A DNA stretch of 32,000 nt from Candidatus Saganbacteria bacterium (lineage in GTDB: Bacteria; Margulisbacteria; WOR-1; JAKLHX01). The notes under the pieces are model-generated. The model ran no database searches and was not told the DNA's origin. It was given only the letters and a program-made list of their open reading frames with translations. Both the position numbers and the translations under genes were made by a program. Below, piece by piece: positions 28,600-32,000 of the stretch (within the stretch, counting starts at the first letter, position 1; every line of letters starts with the position of its first letter). The DNA lies in assembly GCA_026387835.1 (NCBI GenBank), contig JAPLKZ010000013.1, forward strand, positions 120,001 to 152,000. Reading direction: 5' to 3'.

Positions 28600-29367
28600 A
28601 TGCCGTTCAATGATCTTAAGGGGGAAGACCGCGCAAAAAGGATGCTGCTTGGTGCATTCAACAGGCAGCGTATCGCGGGCGCCTACCTTTTTTGCGGCCA
28701 GGACATCGAAAAAATAATGCTCTTTACAAAAGAGTTTGCCAAGCTGTTGAATTGCGGGCAGTCCTGCGGCGGATGCCTGACCTGCAGGAAGATCGAGAAC
28801 TCGGTCCATCCCGACTACATCGTGATAAGACCCGAAGGGAAAAAAGGCATCATAAAGATCGACCGTATCAGAGAGCTGAAAGACAGGATATCAATAGGGC
28901 CTTCCGAAGGAAAGCGGCTTGTTGCGGTCATAGAGGGAGCGGATAATATCGAAGCGGCCGCCGCCAACAGTGCTTTGAAGATACTGGAAGAGCCTCCGGA
29001 AAAAGTGGTCATCATCCTTGTCGTATCGAGGATCGAGAACCTGCCGAAAACGGTCGTTTCGAGGTGCCAGAGGATCATATTTTCAGGTCTTCCGCAGGAA
29101 AGTCCGGAGCATGTCGATATCCCGGAAAGCAGCGAGATACCGGACCTTCTGGATTATTCGGTCTCGATATCTTCCGGTTTCGGCGAAGGGGAAAGAAAGA
29201 ATGTCGAGAATAAACTGGCGGCCCTTTTGATCAAATTCAGGGAGATGAAAAAAATCAAAGAAGCAAAAGCCGTTCTGAACGCCGTCAGGGACATAAAGAG
29301 AATGGCAAACATGAGAATAACGCTTGACAACATGTCTCTTGCTTTCAGAGGAGCGTCCCATGAATAA
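28600..29367 (+). CDS. holB: DNA polymerase III subunit delta' / clamp-loader family
   Basis: AKRMLLGAFNRQRIAGAYLFCG...CGQSCGGCLTCRKIENSVHPDYIVIRPEG...IKIDRIRELKDRI...GKRLVAVIEGADNIEAAAANSALKILEEPPEKVVIILVVSRIENLPKTVVSRCQRI. Confidence 0.93.
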   Translation: MPFNDLKGEDRAKRMLLGAFNRQRIAGAYLFCGQDIEKIMLFTKEFAKLLNCGQSCGGCLTCRKIENSVHPDYIVIRPEGKKGIIKIDRIRELKDRISIGPSEGKRLVAVIEGADNIEAAAANSALKILEEPPEKVVIILVVSRIENLPKTVVSRCQRIIFSGLPQESPEHVDIPESSEIPDLLDYSVSISSGFGEGERKNVENKLAALLIKFREMKKIKEAKAVLNAVRDIKRMANMRITLDNMSLAFRGASHE

Positions 29368-30016
29368 AGGTCTGGGAGTTAAATTCAGGAAGTTCAACAA
29401 TATCTCTCCGCTCAAGGGCTACAAGCAGGAAAGCCTTAAGATCGGCGCGCCTGTGATCGTCGAGACCGATAGGGGCACCGAATACGGATGGATAGTGGTC
29501 ATAAAAGGCGACAAAGGACGCCACGCCGGTACCGATATAAAATTGCGCAAGGTCCTGAGATACGCCGACGAAAAAGATACGGCCAAGGCCGACATGCTTG
29601 CTAAAAAGGAAAAAGAGCTTTTCTGCCAGGCCTGTTCCAGGATCACAACGAACCATATACCGATAAAGCTGCTTAATGCGGAAATAATGTTTGACGAAAG
29701 CAGGATGATACTTTACTATAAAATAACCGACGCGAAAAAGAACTTCCAGACAAAGGATGTTATAAAAGAACTCTCCGGGCTTTTCGGGATGAGGATCGAG
29801 ATGCACATGATAAGCGCGAGGGACGAAGCGAGGATATTCTCGGGTTTCGGCATCTGCGGCCGTTCGCTATGCTGCAGCACTTTTCTTGAGGACTTTCCTC
29901 ATGTGACGGTAAAGATATTGAAAGAGCAGGGAATAGCCATGAACCCGTCAAAAGTCTGCGGTATTTGCGGAAAACTGCTTTGTTGTCTAAAATATGAATA
30001 TGAAGGGAAGGAGTAA
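29360..30016 (+). CDS. ricT: PSP1/RicT (YaaT)-family regulatory iron-sulfur protein
   Basis: GLGVKFRKFNN...GAPVIVETDRGTEYGWIV...KLLNAEIMFDESRMILYYKITDAKKNFQTKDVIKELSGLFGMRIEMHMISARDEARIFSGFGICGRSLCCSTFL...VCGICGKLLCCLKYEYE. I use the SD-preceded ATG at 29360 rather than the longer track start. Confidence 0.92.
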   Translation: MNKGLGVKFRKFNNISPLKGYKQESLKIGAPVIVETDRGTEYGWIVVIKGDKGRHAGTDIKLRKVLRYADEKDTAKADMLAKKEKELFCQACSRITTNHIPIKLLNAEIMFDESRMILYYKITDAKKNFQTKDVIKELSGLFGMRIEMHMISARDEARIFSGFGICGRSLCCSTFLEDFPHVTVKILKEQGIAMNPSKVCGICGKLLCCLKYEYEGKE

Positions 30017-30026
30017 GGATCCCGTC

Positions 30027-30365
30027 ATGACCGAATGTGTTTTTTGCAAAATTGCCGGAGGGAAGATAAAATCTGATATCATATATCAGGATGATGATGT
30101 CGTTGCTTTTAACGATATGGATCCCCAGGCGCCGGTTCATATTCTTTTGGTACCTAAAGAGCATATTGAAAGGATCGAAAAGGTAAAGGATCATTCAGTA
30201 GTCCAAAAGATATTTAAGGCGGCAAATAAGATAGTCAGGGAAAAGGGCCTTGAAAAAGACGGGTTCAGGATCGTGGTAAATTCAGGGCGTCACGGGGGGC
30301 AGGCGGTATTTCACCTGCACTTCCATCTTTTAGGGGGCAGGCAGATGACCTGGCCTCCCGGATAG
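30027..30365 (+). CDS. HIT-family (histidine triad) protein
   Basis: ECVFCKIAGGKIKSDIIYQDDDVVAFNDMDPQAPVHILLVPKEHIERIE...GGQAVFHLHFHLLGGRQM; internal ATG at 30027 preferred over the track start at 29994. Confidence 0.95.
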   Translation: MTECVFCKIAGGKIKSDIIYQDDDVVAFNDMDPQAPVHILLVPKEHIERIEKVKDHSVVQKIFKAANKIVREKGLEKDGFRIVVNSGRHGGQAVFHLHFHLLGGRQMTWPPG

Positions 30366-30409
30366 CGGGGTTTTTAGTTTAAGATTTATTTTGAGAAGGG
30401 GGGATTAAA

Positions 30410-30610
30410 TTGGCCAAGATCGAGATAAGAAAAGAAGAATCGATCGACAAGGCTCTCAGGAAATTCAAAAGCAAGATAAGAAAAGAAGGCATACTCGAAG
30501 AGATGAAGAGAAGGGAATTCTACGAGAAACCGTCCCAAAGAAGAAGACGCGAAAAAGCCCAGGCCGTAAAGCGCGAAAGAAGAAGACAAAGAGAATCAGA
30601 TCTTCAATGA
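30410..30610 (+). CDS. rpsU: 30S ribosomal protein S21 (TTG start)
   Basis: 66 aa: MAKIEIRKEESIDKALRKFKSKIRKEGILEEMKRREFYEKPSQRRRREKAQAVKRERRRQRESDLQ; GAAGGGGGGA SD. Confidence 0.95.
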   Translation: MAKIEIRKEESIDKALRKFKSKIRKEGILEEMKRREFYEKPSQRRRREKAQAVKRERRRQRESDLQ

Positions 30611-31680
30611 AAATCGTCGACCGTTATTTGATAAGCGAGCTTGGGATCCCGTTCCTTATCGGGATAATAGGTTTTGTCCTGATAATGACCACAGACCTTC
30701 TGTTCACGTTCGTCGACATGATAATAAACAAGGGGGTCCCAGCGTGGGCGATCATCCGGCTGATCCTGTATAAACTTCCGTCCATAATGGTCCTGACTTT
30801 TCCCGTCTCCTTCCTTTTTGCCGCAGCGATCGTCCTCGGCCGCATGGCAAGAGAGAGCGAGCTCGCCGCGATGAGGACATCCGGCGTGAGTTTTTTCAGG
30901 ATCGCAGCTCCGATACTCGCGGTATCGCTCGCGGTGAGCGCCGCGGCTTTCGTGACGAACGAGGCGGTAGTCCCGGTCGCGAACCGCATTTCAGACCGCA
31001 TAATAAGGGAGATAGTATACAAACAGCCTCCGGCTGACGTTAAGGAGCAGGTATTCTTCAGGGATAACTTCAACAGGTTCATTTATGTCAGGAGATTTTA
31101 TCCCAGGACGTCTACCATGGATGACGTGATGATATATGACATGTCGGGCGGAAAATTTCCGAAAGTCATCACGGCGAAGACCGGATCGATAACTCCTGAC
31201 AGGTGGTTCTTGAAGGACGGCGCGATCCACAGCTATGATGACACGGGTAAAATAAATTACGCGGCCGGGTTTTCAGATATGGACATCACGGTAAAGGATG
31301 ACTTCATGAATTTTTCGGACCAGAAGACCTCGGACGAGATGAGCAGCGGGGAGCTGTTCGGCACGATAAAGACCCTGAAGCAGGCGGGAGTGAACACCAC
31401 GATGCTTGCGACGGATTTCCAGATGAAGTTTTCCATCCCGATGACGACACTAGTATTCGCGATGCTTTCTATCCCGCTCAGCATTCCCGCCCAGAGAGCA
31501 GGTAAGTCCTGGGGTTTTGCGCTCTCGATAATAGTCATTTTCACTTTTTACGTTTTCGCTTCGGTTTTCAGGTCTATGGGCAGGGGAGGCATGGTGTCCC
31601 CTATGATAGCTGCATGGCTTCCTCCTGTTTTAGTGTCTTTGATAGGCGGATCGCTTATTTTACGGGAAGGATCGAAATGA
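30607..31680 (+). CDS. LptF/LptG-family lipopolysaccharide export permease
   Basis: MKIVDRYLISELGIPFLIGIIGFVLIMTTDLLFTFVDMIINKGVPAWAIIRLILYKLPSIMVLTFPVSFLFAAAIVLGRMARESELAAMRTSGVSFFRI...; C-terminal TM helices; ATGA overlap with rpsU. Confidence 0.93.
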   Translation: MKIVDRYLISELGIPFLIGIIGFVLIMTTDLLFTFVDMIINKGVPAWAIIRLILYKLPSIMVLTFPVSFLFAAAIVLGRMARESELAAMRTSGVSFFRIAAPILAVSLAVSAAAFVTNEAVVPVANRISDRIIREIVYKQPPADVKEQVFFRDNFNRFIYVRRFYPRTSTMDDVMIYDMSGGKFPKVITAKTGSITPDRWFLKDGAIHSYDDTGKINYAAGFSDMDITVKDDFMNFSDQKTSDEMSSGELFGTIKTLKQAGVNTTMLATDFQMKFSIPMTTLVFAMLSIPLSIPAQRAGKSWGFALSIIVIFTFYVFASVFRSMGRGGMVSPMIAAWLPPVLVSLIGGSLILREGSK

Positions 31681-32000
31681 CAAAAGATGCCGGTACGGAC
31701 GAACTTAAAAAACGGCTCAGGAAAAATCCCAGGAACGTTCAGACAAACCTGTTGATAGGCAACAGTTATCTTAAAGCGGGTAATTTTAAAGAAGCCGTAA
31801 AACATTACAGGATCTCCTCGATGTTCGATCCGAGGTCATTTTCAAGGGTGATGATCGATTATGAAGAAGCCCTTCAGGATGATATCGGCAATGTGCAGGC
31901 AAGACTGAGCCTTGTCGACTTTCTCCTGTCGCAGGGCAGCCTTGACGCGGCGATAGTGGAACTCGAAGAGCTTGTCGAGATCGCGCCGGAGACGGCACAG
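31677..32000 (+). CDS. TPR-repeat protein, truncated by window edge
   Basis: Manual translation, open to window end: MTKDAGTDELKKRLRKNPRNVQTNLLIGNSYLKAGNFKEAVKHYRISSMFDPRSFSRVMIDYEEALQDDIGNVQARLSLVDFLLSQGSLDAAIVELEELVEIAPETAQ. Begins with an ATGA overlap and has TPR periodicity. Confidence 0.7.
   Translation, partial: MTKDAGTDELKKRLRKNPRNVQTNLLIGNSYLKAGNFKEAVKHYRISSMFDPRSFSRVMIDYEEALQDDIGNVQARLSLVDFLLSQGSLDAAIVELEELVEIAPETAQ

Noticed and set aside
28625-28700. holB considered possibly defective because the Walker A region reads YLFCGQDIEK
   Set aside because: Degenerate nucleotide-binding motifs are common in clamp-loader delta' subunits, and the zinc-binding and sensor regions look intact.
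1-32000. CRISPR arrays, tRNA/rRNA genes, toxin-antitoxin or phage-defence systems, retron/DGR-type repeats
   Set aside because: None was seen by eye. The window is nearly all conserved co-directional housekeeping and flagellar genes with very short intergenic gaps. A tRNAscan/Infernal run would be needed to exclude small RNAs formally.

Overview
Compact, co-directional (+ strand) bacterial chromosomal segment. From left to right it holds: the 5' part of an ORF6N/KilA-N-type protein on the minus strand (cut by the window edge and absent from the supplied ORF track); carB; a 47-aa zinc-ribbon protein; dnaE; hisI; and rplY/ctc. A large flagellar basal-body and export cluster follows: a FliK-like protein, an FlhB C-terminal-like protein, flgF, flgG, flgA, panD, flgH, flgI, a FlgJ-type rod-binding protein, a FliA-family sigma factor, flgB, flgC, fliE, fliF, a short fliG, fliH and fliI. 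The rest is a housekeeping block: glyS, proS, a PfkB kinase, a class II aldolase, relA/spoT, holB, a PSP1/RicT protein, a HIT protein, rpsU, an LptF/LptG permease and the start of a TPR protein. FlgH, FlgI and the LptF/G permease imply an outer membrane. A deep-branching diderm lineage of the Margulisbacteria/Saganbacteria kind is only my guess. I see no mobile element with defined ends, no CRISPR array, no tRNA or rRNA, and no clear novel defence or biosynthetic system. The best leads are: (i) a FliG-like protein that lacks the FliG-C motor domain and has no room to be completed; (ii) panD embedded in the flagellar operon; (iii) -10 boxes sitting just upstream of SD-less start codons (carB, rplY, glyS, holB), suggesting leaderless transcripts; (iv) a proline-tRNA ligase without its editing insertion; (v) an L-ring protein with no cysteine. 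All homology calls come from motif recognition without database searches.
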